64,000 nucleotides of DNA from Dendrobates tinctorius (GCF_039654945.1 NW_027361700.1:14570001-14634000); one strand, 5' to 3'. Numbered from the stretch's first letter, positions 42,393 through 53,582 are shown. The notes: generated from the letters alone by a model not told the origin. Translations and numbers: made by a program.

Positions 42393-45160
42393 TATACATG
42401 TCATAGAGACACATTTATACATATATTTCAAATTCATACAGTTCATCATAGCAGAATAGCCGCAGAAACATTAGCCGGCTTTTGTATAATCATTCTCCTG
42501 GCCGACATGAAATGACACATGGTTTACATATAGTTAACCATTTCATTTCATGTTTTTTTTGTTATGTCTATCACTATTATTAGGTGAGGGTTTGTGGGTA
42601 AAATTTTGCAGTTGTAGGGGTTAATTTAAGGGGTTAATTTGTTGTATTAAATTGCAGGGACTCCTGCTGACGTCACTGAGGCTGCAGGGAGTCCCCGTAA
42701 TTTAATACAACGAATTAACCCCTTAAATAAACCCCTACAACTCCAAAATTTTACCCACAAACCCTCATCTAATATCTAATTAATAGTGATAGACATAACA
42801 AAAAAAACATGAAATGAAATGGTTAACTATATGTAAACCATGTGTCATTTCATGTCGGGCAGGAGAATGATTATACAAAAGCCGGCAAATGTTTCAGCGG
42901 CTATTCTGCTATGAAGAACTGTATGAATTTGAAATATATGTATAAATGTGTCTCTATGACATGTATAATATATATATATATATATATGTGTATGTATTTA
43001 ATGTGTCTATATCTATTCATTCTTTGTGTGGGGAAACCTGTCATTGGGCTCCATTTTATGTCCATTTAGCGATCCTGCTAGAAAATCTCGCCAGACGGAT
43101 GTCAAACGGATCCTTACATGCGATTAAAATCGCATCAATGAAGAAAAATCGCATCAAAAACGGATCACTGGTTAAGATACCTTTGTGCGATTTCGGACCG
43201 TTAAAATGGGACAGATTTTTTATTCGTCGTGTGTGACTCCAGCTTAAGGCGTATTGTCAGTTTTACCCACGTAAGACCTCCACCATTAAATAATATTGTC
43301 CAGGATATAAAACAAAATATTATAAGAAGCAGGAGATATGCTAAAATAAAAAAGACATACTCACCTGCTATATACCCACCTTGCCGGTATTTCACCTGTC
43401 CTGTAGGTATGAGGTGCCTCCACGGTGATTCCAGCATGGGGAGACCACCAGATCAGTGGCAGGGAAATTACCAGGTGACAAAGTAATTTTTTCACTTTAG
43501 TACAGTTTTATATCCTGGACAACCCCTCTAAGTCCCAGTGAATCCACAGATCAGTCTGTCCATGCAATGCTTGGACTGACTTTGGACTCCTGACCAGAAC
43601 TTACATATACCTACAAGGATGTACGTTCGGATCAGGAGACCTGTGGTCATTCCTGGCATTGTGGCCTGTATACAGACCATGAAATATGGTGTCTGAACCC
43701 GGCCCAACTGTCACAACCGGATGGGGCAATGCCTGCGCTACCTATATGAAAGCTTTCTTTAAGGTTTCTTCATCTGGAAACAGTTTTTAAACCCAAAGGG
43801 AAACTAATGGCAGAACTCACCATATAGTTTTCAGATCAATTTTGGAACCAGATGAAGTATCATTGCAAGCAGCTTTTTATATAGATATGGACCAGTGCAC
43901 AAGTCATGGAAATAAAACATCTGGCCAGGCACAGATGATACATGTGAACCTGGTCTAATTAGGTAGGGAGGCCATTCAGGGGTTAAGGATAGCTGGGTAA
44001 CAGAACACAGCTGTACCCATCAGCCCATAGTCATTGATTTTCTGTGATGACTATTCTCTGCAGTATGCTGGTTATAATGAACAGAGGACATGGGACAGAG
44101 GTGGTGTAAATCCACTTGCAGGACCCAGTCCATCAGTCAGGTCAGTAATCTATGACTACTGGATGGGAGTCCGGAGAACCGCCGCTCTTACGTTCTGTCT
44201 CTTCTTTTGATTAGCCAGACATCACACAGTGTTACACTGCAAGGCTGGTTACAGAGGTTGTCCACTACTCTAGCATCCTCAGGATAGGTCATCAATGCCT
44301 GATCAATTGGGGTCCGACACTTGGCACCCCCGCCAGCGAGCTCTTATCGGTGACGGCGCCTGCCGGCCAGAACTTCTCACTTGTGGAGGTGACCGTCTTC
44401 TGATAGTGGCAGAGGCTTGGCACTGCGTAGCTGCCTCCTATTCAAATCAATAGCAGGTGGACGTGCAGTACCCTGTGGCAACTACTGTCAGAAGACGGCC
44501 ACCTCCGCAACGGAGTACTTCCGGCCAACATCGATAACAGCTGATCAGCGGGGGGGTTTCCGGGCCCCAATTGATCAGACATTGATGATGACCTATCCTG
44601 AGGATGCTAGAGTAGTGGACAACCTCTTTAATTAAAGAGGAGCTCCGGATGCCATCAGATAAGAGGCGGTCCTCCGCGCTCCAGATTAGTGACCTCGCCG
44701 CTGGACCAGGTCCTGCGAATGGACTTGCAACATCTCTAACTTAATCCCCCGTAGCGATGAGTCCCAGCAGTGGGGCCGTGTGATCACCAGGACAATCTCC
44801 TTGTTTGGATACTTCTACGATTCCCTGGATTTATGGCACTAAGCAGGGGCCACACATTCAGCAATCTCCAGTGTATCCTGTAGCTCTGACAGCAGCATGT
44901 TTAGGTCATATCCTATGCATTATCCTCACACCTATATCAGTCCAACATTACACAAAGCCTGAAGTCTAGGATCACAGCTGTGCTGAGCTACAGGTGACAG
45001 CCACCGGTGCATGCTGGGACTTGTGGTTCTAGACCAGCTGCAGCGCTAAGGGTTTGCCTACACCCTGATTCACAAGACGCTGCACGGTCAATGTCTCTGC
45101 ACCATAAACCGACGATCTGCGACCACACAGCGCCCCCGCCCCTCCCGGACAGACCTGCAT
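10686..45160 (-). CDS. CDK5RAP3: CDK5 regulatory subunit-associated protein 3 (C53/LZAP, UFMylation adaptor); whole gene span, 14 coding exons, 501 aa
   Basis: Spliced translation [26 protein letters not shown]...[21 protein letters not shown] matches vertebrate CDK5RAP3 end to end. All 13 introns are GT-AG with consistent phases; exon lengths sum to 1506 nt. Confidence 0.97.
11960..12131 (-). CDS. CDK5RAP3: CDK5RAP3 exon 13 ([15 protein letters not shown]...LEPKL...ELQKQ)
   Basis: cag|G TAT...CAG|gtgagc, 172 nt. Confidence 0.96.
12277..12482 (-). CDS. CDK5RAP3: CDK5RAP3 exon 12 (LELFLSQW...[13 protein letters not shown]...[10 protein letters not shown])
   Basis: cag|TTG...CCA CG|gttagt, 206 nt; ORF 12267-12560. 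Confidence 0.96.
13608..13696 (-). CDS. CDK5RAP3: CDK5RAP3 exon 11 ([30 protein letters not shown])
   Basis: tag|TG...GAG|gtgaat, 89 nt. Confidence 0.96.
15006..15291. mobile_element. Harbinger-type MITE
   Basis: TIR GGCTGGGTTCATATTGCGTT / AACGCAATATGAACCTGGC; TAA flanks. Confidence 0.75.
15409..15487 (-). CDS. CDK5RAP3: CDK5RAP3 exon 10 ([26 protein letters not shown])
   Basis: Poly-T tract then tag|GTT...AAT G|gtgagg, 79 nt; ITVLE matches human. Confidence 0.92.
16392..18463 (+). mobile_element. 5'-truncated L1-clade LINE (decayed ORF2 3' part)
   Basis: [18 protein letters not shown] motif and C-terminal CCHC-like PRC...HMMWTCP; poly(A) tail; 14-bp TSD AAATGACACTTTTT at 16378-16391 and 18464-18477; TT/AAA target. 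Confidence 0.9.
17179..17763 (+). mobile_element. Non-autonomous Helitron nested in the L1
   Basis: 5' TCTAATATATAAAGC, 3' GC hairpin CCCG...CGGG then CTAG, inserted between A and T with no TSD; internal TG-rich tandem repeats. Confidence 0.8.
19597..21266. mobile_element. piggyBac-like non-autonomous element
   Basis: TTAA on both sides (19593-19596, 21267-21270); imperfect TIR CCCTTTCGTGAC / GTCGGAAAGAGG; internal direct repeats; no transposase. Confidence 0.7.
21310..21910. mobile_element. TTAA-type MITE containing a short retro-insertion (21507-21669, minus strand)
   Basis: Long inverted arms CCTCTTAATATATT.../...AATATATTAAGAGG; insert has poly(T) on the plus strand and TSD TTGCCRTAAACTT at 21494-21506 and 21670-21682. 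Confidence 0.65.
22316..22405 (-). CDS. CDK5RAP3: CDK5RAP3 exon 9 ([30 protein letters not shown])
   Basis: cag|ATA...GAG|gtaaga, 90 nt; two IDWG motifs; preceded by a 74-nt intron. Confidence 0.94.
22480..22633 (-). CDS. CDK5RAP3: CDK5RAP3 exon 8 ([29 protein letters not shown]...EEGE)
   Basis: tag|C...GAG|gtaaga, 154 nt; ORF 22456-22668. Confidence 0.95.
22705..23151. mobile_element. T2/Kolobok-type MITE (related partial copies at about 12700-13080 and 60580-60800)
   Basis: TIR AGGAATCTGTCACCAGGTTTTTG / CAAAAACCTGGTGACAGATTCTCT, TTAA on the right. Confidence 0.8.
23188..23324 (-). CDS. CDK5RAP3: CDK5RAP3 exon 7 ([16 protein letters not shown]...[11 protein letters not shown])
   Basis: tag|GGA...GAT AG|gtaagt, 137 nt. 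Confidence 0.94.
24665..25417 (+). mobile_element. Truncated Penelope-like element with GIY-YIG endonuclease (ORF 24780-25091) and inverted pLTR, nested in the L1
   Basis: VYLIICTKC...[17 protein letters not shown]...PVAKHF...GMN; inverted repeat at about 24718-24772 and 25362-25417; 15-bp TSD AGTCTTTCATTTAGA at 24650-24664 and 25418-25432. Confidence 0.92.
25311..25355 (+). ncRNA. Minimal type I hammerhead ribozyme motif in the Penelope pLTR
   Basis: TGC-CTGATGA-A-GAGAC(ctgagta)GTCTC-GAAA-GCTT-GCA: core boxes, 5-bp stem II, palindromic stem III, TGC/GCA stem I. Confidence 0.75.
27549..27727 (-). CDS. CDK5RAP3: CDK5RAP3 exon 6 ([21 protein letters not shown]...SCKRYGIT)
   Basis: tag|CG...ACT|gtaagt, 179 nt; ORF 27522-27707. 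Confidence 0.96.
29264..29312 (-). CDS. CDK5RAP3: CDK5RAP3 exon 5 ([16 protein letters not shown])
   Basis: cag|GAT...CTG G|gtgagt, 49 nt. Confidence 0.95.
29430..29470 (+). ncRNA. Degenerate minimal hammerhead ribozyme motif
   Basis: CC-CTGATGA-AGCTTGTGT-GAAAC-GCAC-GTT-GG. Confidence 0.5.
29644..30131 (+). mobile_element. Internally deleted Tc1 derivative
   Basis: TA-CAGCTCTGGCAAAAATTAAGAGACCAC...GTGGTCTCTTAATT TIRs; residual [11 protein letters not shown] coding sequence. Confidence 0.8.
31395..31793. mobile_element. Harbinger-type MITE
   Basis: TIR GGGTGTTTTCATATTG / CAATGTGAAAGCACCC; TAA duplicated. Confidence 0.78.
32678..33021 (+). mobile_element. CR1 LINE 3' fragment
   Basis: [11 protein letters not shown]...TRSNGMKL...[18 protein letters not shown]...FKQRLDRHL; CR1 3'UTR ending ATTCTATGATTCT. 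Confidence 0.92.
33260..33360 (-). CDS. CDK5RAP3: CDK5RAP3 exon 4 ([34 protein letters not shown])
   Basis: cag|AT...AAG|gtagga, 101 nt. Confidence 0.96.
37094..37288. repeat. 54-bp tandem repeat, about 3.6 copies, inside the DIRS element
   Basis: CTGAATACCTGACGACATTAGGCAGAATAACAGCCTCTGGGATGCGGTCTAGGC repeated. Confidence 0.95.
37780..38420. repeat. Hierarchical minisatellite (about 29-33-bp monomers, 95/190-bp higher order) inside the DIRS element
   Basis: Monomer similar to GTGACTGTACGGCTGCAGAGTACTATTACGTCA; ORF starts at 37931, 38026 and 38121 recur every 95 bp. Confidence 0.9.
40235..40366 (-). CDS. CDK5RAP3: CDK5RAP3 exon 3 ([44 protein letters not shown])
   Basis: cag|AT...ACA T|gtgaga, 132 nt; visible within ORF 40194-40409. 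Confidence 0.97.
41682..41727 (-). CDS. CDK5RAP3: CDK5RAP3 exon 2 ([15 protein letters not shown])
   Basis: tag|GAC...CTG G|gtgagt, 46 nt. Confidence 0.95.
41994..43243. mobile_element. Harbinger-type non-autonomous element with a long internal hairpin
   Basis: TAA-GGCCGGGGTCACAC...GTGTGACTCCAGC-TTA; internal inverted arms at about 42340-42664 and 42688-43010; (TA)n tracts. Confidence 0.8.
44253..44627. mobile_element. T2/Kolobok-type MITE
   Basis: TIR AGAGGTTGTCCACTACTCTAGCATCCTCAGGATAGGTCATCA; TTAA on the right. Confidence 0.82.
45155..45160 (-). CDS. CDK5RAP3: CDK5RAP3 coding exon 1 (ATG CAG, MQ)
   Basis: Minus strand reads GCCGGG ATG CAG|gtctgt in a GC-rich patch near CCAAT boxes. Phase 0 joins exon 2; the human protein likewise has two residues before the DHQHVPID segment. 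Confidence 0.75.
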
Positions 45161-45360
45161 CCCGGCTCCGGTGACTCTTTGGACACGTGTACCGGACACA
45201 CTGCTCTCCACCAATCACAGGTTAGCTTGCCCCGAATAGTCTCCGCCCATACATGGATTCCACCAATGATGGAAGGGCTGATGACGCGAAGAAGGTAAAA
45301 CGTTCTCATGGCCAAGCTGTAGGTGCAGGAAGTAGCACTAGGGGGCAGCACTGACATCCT
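45161..45360 (-). promoter_or_regulatory. CDK5RAP3 5'UTR and proximal promoter
   Basis: CpG-rich region upstream of the ATG. CCAAT at 45211 and 45263, CRE-like TGACGC near 45283, ETS-like CAGGAAGT near 45326, CTCF-like CACTAGGGGGCAGCA at 45336-45350. Confidence 0.6.
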
Positions 45361-46677
45361 AGATCCTATGTAGCCTATGAGCTGGTTCTTTATATTGCAT
45401 TTGCAGCGAGTTGGTTGCTGTGACCGATAGGGCGAGCAGATAACGATCACAGCTTCCTTATTACACTTTTTGTGTAATTTTTTTCTTTTGGGTGGGAAAT
45501 AAATAGGGGTCGGGTCGATTGTCACAATGTTCTGGGGCTGTTTTTGAATCATGACATTTTTTACTACTTGTTTCTTTTGTAATGGCACAGGGTGAATATA
45601 CAGAATTCCGTCAAGTACCAGACTCTGCTGCACAAATCCCAGGCAGAATATTTAGGTTTGTGCAGTTAACACTGATACGGATCGGCAGGCCGATTACCCC
45701 ATCCATTCTGTGTCCATGCTGCTTGTTTCAGAACCACGTCAGGCCCTGGCCATGGAGGGTCAGCAGTGATTTACATCGACATCAATGTGAAAACCTGCAC
45801 ATGTAAACCATGCCCGACTCTGTCCGCTGCAAATCAGGCCTTACTGCTTGTTGCCTATCTGGTGCAGGCTCGGACTGGCCCACCGGAGAACAGGAGATTC
45901 CTCCGGTGGGCCGCCACCAACCTCTTACATGAGCAGTACTTGGCTCTATAAACATGAATCACTATGTACAGTCAGAAGCGGCATCGTATTCATTTACAAT
46001 CTACCACATTCACTGTTAGATAAATTTGTGATTGAGGATAATGTCACTTTTGCATGTAGTTGAAAAGTGGGGCCCTGGAGTTTGTTTCTAGCGGGCCCTT
46101 GGCACCCCAGTTCGGCACTGTGTGGTGCTAACCTTTGTACAAAAAGTGCCATCACTGACATCAGTGCCTGTCGATGGATCTCAAAATCCATTCCCCATCT
46201 CAAACGACACAGGACCAATACAGGACACCCATTCACTTATGGCTCAGTGGTTAGCACGCAGCATGTGCTAGTCTGGACCAATGCATGCACTGGTCTGCTG
46301 TACGGCCTGGACTAGTGCATGTAAATAGTAGGCAGCGCCTGCCATTGCCCGCTATGTGGTGAGCACATGAAGCATCTAACCTTAGCGAGTCATTTCCAAA
46401 ATGTGAAGTAATCCCCTAACCATAGGATAAGAAATGACTTACTGATCACTTGTGCTTCTACCCCCTGGGACATCCCGCGATTGGAGCCTGGGAACCGGGC
46501 TATGCAGACCCCATTCCTCAATGGAGCTGAGGTGCCAGTGAGTACAAATAGGGAATAATGCGTTACCTAAGGAATAACTCATTAAGCGTTCAGTATGGAA
46601 GAAAACTGGAATGTACGGAGAAAACAAGGGGAGAACATACAAGCTCCATGCAGATGTTGCCCTTAGTCAGATTGTAA

Positions 46678-47001
46678 GGCTATGTGCACACGCTGCGGAT
46701 TTGGCCTCTGCGGATCCGCAGCAGTTCTGCAGACAGTGTACAGTACAATGTAAGTCTATGTGATTTGCATTCTGCTGTGCACATGCTGCGGATTTTTAAC
46801 TGCGGAAAAGCTGCGGTTTTGAATCCGCAGAAAGAAATGACATGTCATTCTTTTCTGCGGATTCTGCTGCGGTTTACCGTCTCCTCCATTGTAGAGGTGA
46901 TAAACTGCAGGGGAAAACCGCAGGGTAATCCGCAGGTCATTTTACCTGCGGTTCCGCAGATAAAAAATCCACAGACCAATCCGCAGCGTGTGCACATAGC
47001 C
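46678..47001. mobile_element. Harbinger-type MITE, possibly inserted in an old SINE remnant (about 46570-47050)
   Basis: TIR GGCTATGTGCACACGCTGCGGATT; TAA/TTA flanks; flank GGAGAACATACAAGCTCCATGCAG resembles a V-SINE-like core. Confidence 0.78.
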
Positions 47002-48149
47002 TTACACAGAGAAAAATAGGAACAATGCCAACCATTCTGCCACCCTGCAATTTTGGTTACATGCGCTGAAGAATCTATCAGAGCACTAGACTGCAGAAAT
47101 GGTCAAACCCAAGCAAATACACCTAGTGAGAGTCACAACTATATTTCATGCACTATTACAGCCATATCCCATAATAAGCACAACCAATAAAGAACTAATG
47201 CATGCATGTATGGAAACAATATTTGTAAGGGCGCTTTAAAGGGAACTTCCTCAGATTCATGCTGCCCGAACCATGGCATATGAATCCAAACCAGGCTGCA
47301 CAATCCCTTTGAATGTATACTCTGCACTGTAGGTCTTCCTTATGTATTCACATAGTGAGAGATCTGTCAATGAACTGGAGTGGGGAGGGAAAGGAGCCGG
47401 GCAGGTGCCAGAATAGTCAGGTATCCCCACATAGTCCCCGGGACAGCACTTTAAACTATGGAAAACATAGCTCGCAGCCAGTGTCTGATTCATGCTAAAT
47501 CTGATGACAGGTTCTCTTTAAATCTGTTTCTGGGTAGGACAGATGACAATCAATATGGCTGCCAGGACAGATCATGAACTGGTTGTCATCCATCTTTTCC
47601 ATACTCCTGAACCTTTCTGTTTACAGTAAATGAAAAATCCCCTATTGTTATAGAAGCAGCCAGATTTGCTGTACACGACCCTGGGATATTTTAATAACTA
47701 CGGTGGTGGGTGATGTAATGGAAGCCATATTGTTGGTGGTGTTGGAGTATAATTTATTATGTATGCAGGCTTGGATTGGCCAACAGTGGAACAGGTGAAT
47801 CCCCTGATGGGCCCCTTCGGAGGAGTGAGCCTCTCGCCCCCTGTATGAGCAGTAGTTGGCACAAAACACTTGACCCTATTAGTAGGGTCTTGATCTATTG
47901 AGGATATATTGGTGGTGAGACAGGGCATAGCCGTTATGGGATGCCATAGTTTGTTTTTAATGATTTTAGCTTTGCAGTGCTGTATATGTTAATATAGATA
48001 CGGTATGTTGTAATTTGTTCTCTTCCTTTGTTATACATGCTTCTTTCCTTTTCCACTTTTTAAATAGATTTTCCCCATTGACTGCAATAAGGATGTGAAA
48101 AGTAATAAGTCCGCAACTAAATTTGTTGCATGTGCTTCAAAATCTGTAG

Positions 48150-48334
48150 GGCCAGTATCACACGCGAGTAACTCGGACGAGTCTCGCATCTTAATACCTG
48201 GCACTGCCACGGAGCGCAGCGTGCAGCTGTATAGAAGTACATGCAGCCGCACGCTCCGCTCCCGAGTGCTGGCGGCAGTGTCGGGTATTAAGATGCGAGA
48301 CTCATCCCGGTTTCTCGCATGTGTGATCCTGGCT
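48150..48334. mobile_element. Palindromic Harbinger-type MITE (same family as 58023-59265)
   Basis: GAGTCTCGCATCTTAATACC...GGTATTAAGATGCGAGACTC inverted arms. Confidence 0.75.
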
Positions 48335-49680
48335 CAACTCTACATTTCAAATCCATTGAACATTTTTGTTCTTTTTTGCTGAATTTGCCAAATTTCCCTC
48401 CAGAATTAATACAAATATTTACAGCCAATTTCTCCATTATGGGTGTACTCTAAATGTGGTCCATCTTCCAAAGGTTGGCTCTGACACACACATAATAGTA
48501 ATTGTTTAAATGGATTTGTCTTTGCATGCATCTTCAAGGGCAGCCTTTATGTGCATATTAGAAATATAGCAGAAATGTCCCAGAAGTGACCAGAAGGTAA
48601 GAGCTACAACTGTTTATCAACTGTGCTTAAGTCTTTAACTTCCCACACTTACACTTTCACCATCATGCTTACTTACAGTTTTTGCTCCACTAATCCTTGC
48701 TCTACTTCGTTAAACCCAAACCCCAGTAATCTCCTAACAAATGTGTATCTCACCTTCCCTCCACTCCCCCACCTAACCTCATCTGCAGACCTGTGTAAGG
48801 GTGAGCCAGGAATATAGTCATGGCCAGAGACACTAAAGCATCTGTGTCCCGGCCTTCCCTGACAGAGAATTGCATTTCACTATTCAGCGTAGCTGCATCT
48901 CCTGGTTCAGGTTCCCCTGGACACTTCCCAAGTGGTGTTGGCCCTTCTCCGAGGCGACTCCCAGTAATTGAGACACAGTCCAGAGTAACTTGAACATTTT
49001 CTTTACTTATGACTTCACACATTATATCCACAGTTGGCACAACATGGGATACACATTCAACTTCACTTGATTCCTCAGCTCTCCCTACTTTGCTGATGCT
49101 TCTGTACTGCAAACATCTGGACCGGACCGTCTTAGACTGCTTCCGATTTTATTCTTGGCCTAACCTCGCCATGATGACAATTCCTTCTGCCTGTTTTGCT
49201 TCAGACTTGAATTTATCAGCCACCTGGTTTGGTTTCCTCTGGAAAAGTATCCGACCCGTCTGTACCATTCCTTGCGAAGCTCCAACTTCCTTCTGTTCTT
49301 CACTCCAACCGACTCCCGCCCTAAAGGCATCCGCCCAGACTATGAGTTGTCAGATCTTCTCTCTACTGTACTAGCCCACTGTATTGATGTCCAGTGGCCA
49401 TAGATAATGTGGGCTGTCGCTGCTTAACGTTACGTGGCTGCCGAGCCGTCCTGGGCCTATAGCCCATATGGACACTTCGGGCACCCTGGCTCCAACTAAC
49501 TTCCCTTCTTCCCTGTCCTTAACTCCCGGCAGCCCCTCCTACACTTAACCCTATCCTGCTATGAATTCTATACACTAGACTGCCCCCCTCTAGTGTCCAA
49601 AACAGAGCACTACGCTTTCCCTATACTATAAATAACAACCCATGAAAGGCAGCAAACAATATCACAACTATGTGCAAGTA

Positions 49681-50347
49681 TACGAATACAAACAAATGGA
49701 GGGCACCGCTGAGCTGCAGTAGGAAAAGGGGGGGGGGGGGTTCTCCAAAGGCAAGTCAAATTAGACAGTGTCATGAAACGAGAAAAGCAACTAGCCCATC
49801 TAAAGGGAACACCACAAATATGAATATTTGTATTGAACATGAATTAGTAATTTTATTTGTCAAAAAAGGCACAAACATGGAACAACACAGAATCCATAAA
49901 AGCAATTAAAAAATGCAAAACTGCAATCTGGTCATGTCATGTAATAATGATACAATGACCCTCCCATATCCAAAGTCCCACAAATTGAAACAAATATATA
50001 GCAGCAGAGTATACTCCACACATTCAGTATACAGGAATAAATAGTCTATAATAAAATATCATATAATTGTTGATGAAACCAACACACTGCAAATAAGGCT
50101 ATCGATAGCACCATGCATATTAAACGCTAAGCCTGAATAAAGACAAAGCAAGGAAGCCTATACACCCCTAATAAAGCTGAAATAGAGGCAGCAATTGTTA
50201 CCTGCATTTTTTAATTGTTTTTATGGATTCTGTGTTGTTCCATGTTTGTGCCTTTTTTGACAAATAAAATTACTAATTCATGTTCAATACAAATATTCAT
50301 ATTTGTGGTGTTCCCTTTGGATGGGCTAGTTGCTTTTCTCGTTTCAT
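49681..50347. mobile_element. Penelope-like inverted-repeat remnant
   Basis: Inverted repeat of about 145 bp (about 49773-49917 and 50203-50347); 15-bp TSD AACTATGTGCAAGTA at 49666-49680 and 50348-50362. Confidence 0.7.
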
Positions 50348-50419
50348 AACTATGTGCAAGTAAACGCAATAATACAATAAAATGTGAAGACAAAACGATG
50401 GGAATACCCAGAAGGGGTA

Positions 50420-53400
50420 GCAGTACCATGTCATACCTGCGGTAATACATGTAAACATGTAGCAGTACCAGTTAGCAAAGAGTAATAAATACAAGGAACA
50501 TTTTTACTTAACCCCTTTACACCTGCTCCTTAACCTCAGATCCCTTCCACTAAAACACAAAACAAGCCGGCCACTCTCCTTTTATCACCTCCTCTCCCTC
50601 TTACTACTTCTCCTCACTGCCGGCGATATATCCCGCACTCCTGGACCTCCACAGCTGATACCCCCATTAATTATCCCTTCTATCACTGCCCACATGCTAG
50701 AAATCACTGCAATCTCTGCAACATCAAACCCATACCTTTGACAACTGTGTCCTTTCTATGGAGTGCTTTGGAACGCCTGTTCCGTCTGCAATAAGCTCCA
50801 TGCTATTCACGACCTCTTTACCTCTTGTAACTTTTCCTTCCTGGGCCTCACTGAAAGATGGGTAACACCTCCCGACACAGCCTCACCCGCTGGGCCTTCA
50901 CTTCACCCACACTCCTCGCACTGGCAAGATATGATGGAGAAGTGGGTCTTCTTTCTAACAACTTCCTCATCAATCCAATCCTACCTCTACCCTCACTCAT
51001 CCTCCCTTGTTTTGAAGTGCATTCTGTCCCTATCTACTCTCCCTAGAAAATCCAAGAGGCTGTCATATACCGACCCCCTAGGCCTGGCCACTGCCTTTAT
51101 TGACCATTTCTTCACCGGGCTTCTACATTTTCTCTCTGCTGACATTCCCACCATCATCATGGGTGACTTCAATATTCCCACTGACATCCACCAGCCTGCA
51201 GTCTCCAAACTCTTGTCCCTTGCTTCATTCTTTCGACTTACTCGGTGGTCCTGCGCAGCCCCCCACACACAGATGGACATACTTTACATTAGACCTTATC
51301 TTCACCCGCCTCTGCTTCCTATCTAGCCTCACAACCTCCCCTCTCCCCCTATCTGACCACCATCTACTCACTTCTCATCCCTGTCCTCCTCACCTGCCCC
51401 TGTATTCAGAAACTAGCAACCCACCGCAGAAACCTTAGACACATTTAGACATTACACGCTCTCCGAATCTAATCTGCTGTCCTCCATATCTTCACTCCAC
51501 GACAGACAGTGCAACCGTTTTTTAGAACACCACAGCTATTGACATGGTCCCCCTCTCATGCATGGCAGAGTGCAACAAATCAATAGACAACCTTAGCACA
51601 ATAACCTCACTAAAAAGCTTCAGTAAGAAGTCTTCACATCATCCAAAACAGAAACGTTCACATTTAAATCAGCCCTCAGCTCTGCTAAACAGGTTTATTT
51701 CACAACCTGTCTATCTTCTGTATCGCACAGCCCAAAACAGTTTTAATTCCCTCCTCTGCACTCCACTGCTCCTTCCGACCTCCCTCATCTCTGCAGCAGA
51801 CTTTGCCACACATTTAAAAAATAACATCGATCAAATAAAGCAAATCCTTACTGTCCATCCCTTATGTATAAAAGACGACTTCCCCTATCCCATAAGCTTC
51901 CTCCTTACCATCACTGAAGGAGAGTTCACTCATCTCCTCTCCAAATCACATCAACACTTGTGCACTGGACCCCATCCCACCTCTTCCCTTACCACCACGC
52001 TTATCCCGGCCCTAACCCATCTTTTCAACCTATTGCTAACCGCTGGTACCTTCCCTTCTGCTTCCAAACATGTCATGATCACACCTATCCTGAAAAAGCC
52101 ATCCTCTACGTCTCCATATCACTGCTCTCGTTTGCCTCCAACCTCCTCAAACAGCATGTCAGTGCTGAACTTTCCTCCCATCTTTCATCTAACTCGCTGT
52201 TTGACAAGCTATGATCCGGCTTCTGTCCCCACCATTCCATCGAAACAGCCCTGACCAAAATTATTAGCGACTTACAGCCAAAGCTAAAAGACAATTCTCT
52301 ATACTTCTCGTTCTAGACCTGTCTTCTGCCTTTGACACAGTTGACAAATCCCTCCTATTACAAATCCTCTCTTCCCTTGGCATCAAAGACCTTGCCCTTT
52401 CCTGCATCTCCTCATACCTCTCCAACTGCACATTTAGCGTCTCCAGCTCCCACACTCTATGCTGGTGTCCCTCAAGGCTCTGTCTGAAACCCCTACTCTT
52501 TACAAGTTATACCTTTGGCCTGTGACAACGCAAAGTCCCATAGCATCCAGTACCAGCTATATACTGATGATATGCAGATCTACCTTTCAGACCCAGGAGT
52601 CACCTCTCTGCTGTCCAATATACCAGAGTGTCTATCAGCCATTTCCTCCTTCTCATCTCGCTTCCTAAAGCTCAAAAGTGGACAAAACAGAACTCATTAA
52701 CAATATTTCCAGAATCTGTCCCTTGCTCAGCCATGAATCTGCTAAAATATTAGTGCATGTCCTCATCATCTCCCACCTCAACTATTGCAATATTCTCCTC
52801 TGTGACCTCCCTGCTAACACTTGCACCTCTCCAGTAGTTCCTTAATTCTGCCACACGACTAATCCACTTCTCTTCTCGCTATTCCTCTGCTTCTCCCTTC
52901 TATATATCCCTTCATTGGCTTCCAATTCCCCAGTATATCCAGCTCAAACTATTCCATAACCTGTCTCCTCCGCATATCTATGAACTAATCTCCCGTTACC
53001 TTCCAACACGTAATGTCAGGTCCTCTCAAGATCTCCTTCTCTCCACATTTATACGTTCCTCACCCAATCACCCCAAAGACTTTTTCCGAGCATCCCCTCT
53101 ACTCTGGAATTCTGTGCCCCAACACGTCCGATTATCCACCACATTTGGATCCTTCAGACGGAACCTGAAAACCCACCTCTTCAAGAAAGCTTACAACCTG
53201 CAATGACCACTCTGGCACCTCAACACCACCGGAGCCACTGCAACCCCCAACCTACTGTCTCTTTCCCCATCATCCTGTAAAATGTAAGCCCACAAGGGCA
53301 GGGTCCTCTTCCTTCTGTACCAGTCTGTCATTATTAGTTTGATCACTGTATTTTATATTTGTATTTTGCATGTAACCCCTCCTCATGTACAGCACCATGG

Positions 53401-53430
53401 AATAAATGGTGCTACATAAATAAAAATAAT
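50420..53430 (+). mobile_element. L2-clade LINE, decayed ORF2 (APE plus RT) and 3' tail
   Basis: LWNACSVCNKL, LGLTE.W, IIMGDFNI, ITPILKKP, LDLSSAFDTVD, YTDDMQIY motifs in broken frames; tail AGCACCATGGAATAAATGGTGCT stem-loop plus A-rich repeat. Confidence 0.9.
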
Positions 53431-53582
53431 CTGTCATCAGATTTCACAATACAGAACGCATGCATTGTTAAATAGACCTCTTAGGCTTGATGAGAATGGT
53501 GTATTTACTATGATAATCGATGTCAGATTTTCTGTATAATTCTGATATTAAGATGAGCATTTTATGGATCCAGCTATAGAAT

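Noticed and set aside
48750-49560. Possible LINE ORF1/5' fragment on the minus strand
   Set aside because: No motif could be identified with confidence; left unannotated.
49670-50450. Two ORFs sharing the peptide ETRKATSPSKGNTTNMNICIEHEL on opposite strands
   Set aside because: Explained by the inverted repeat of the Penelope-like remnant.
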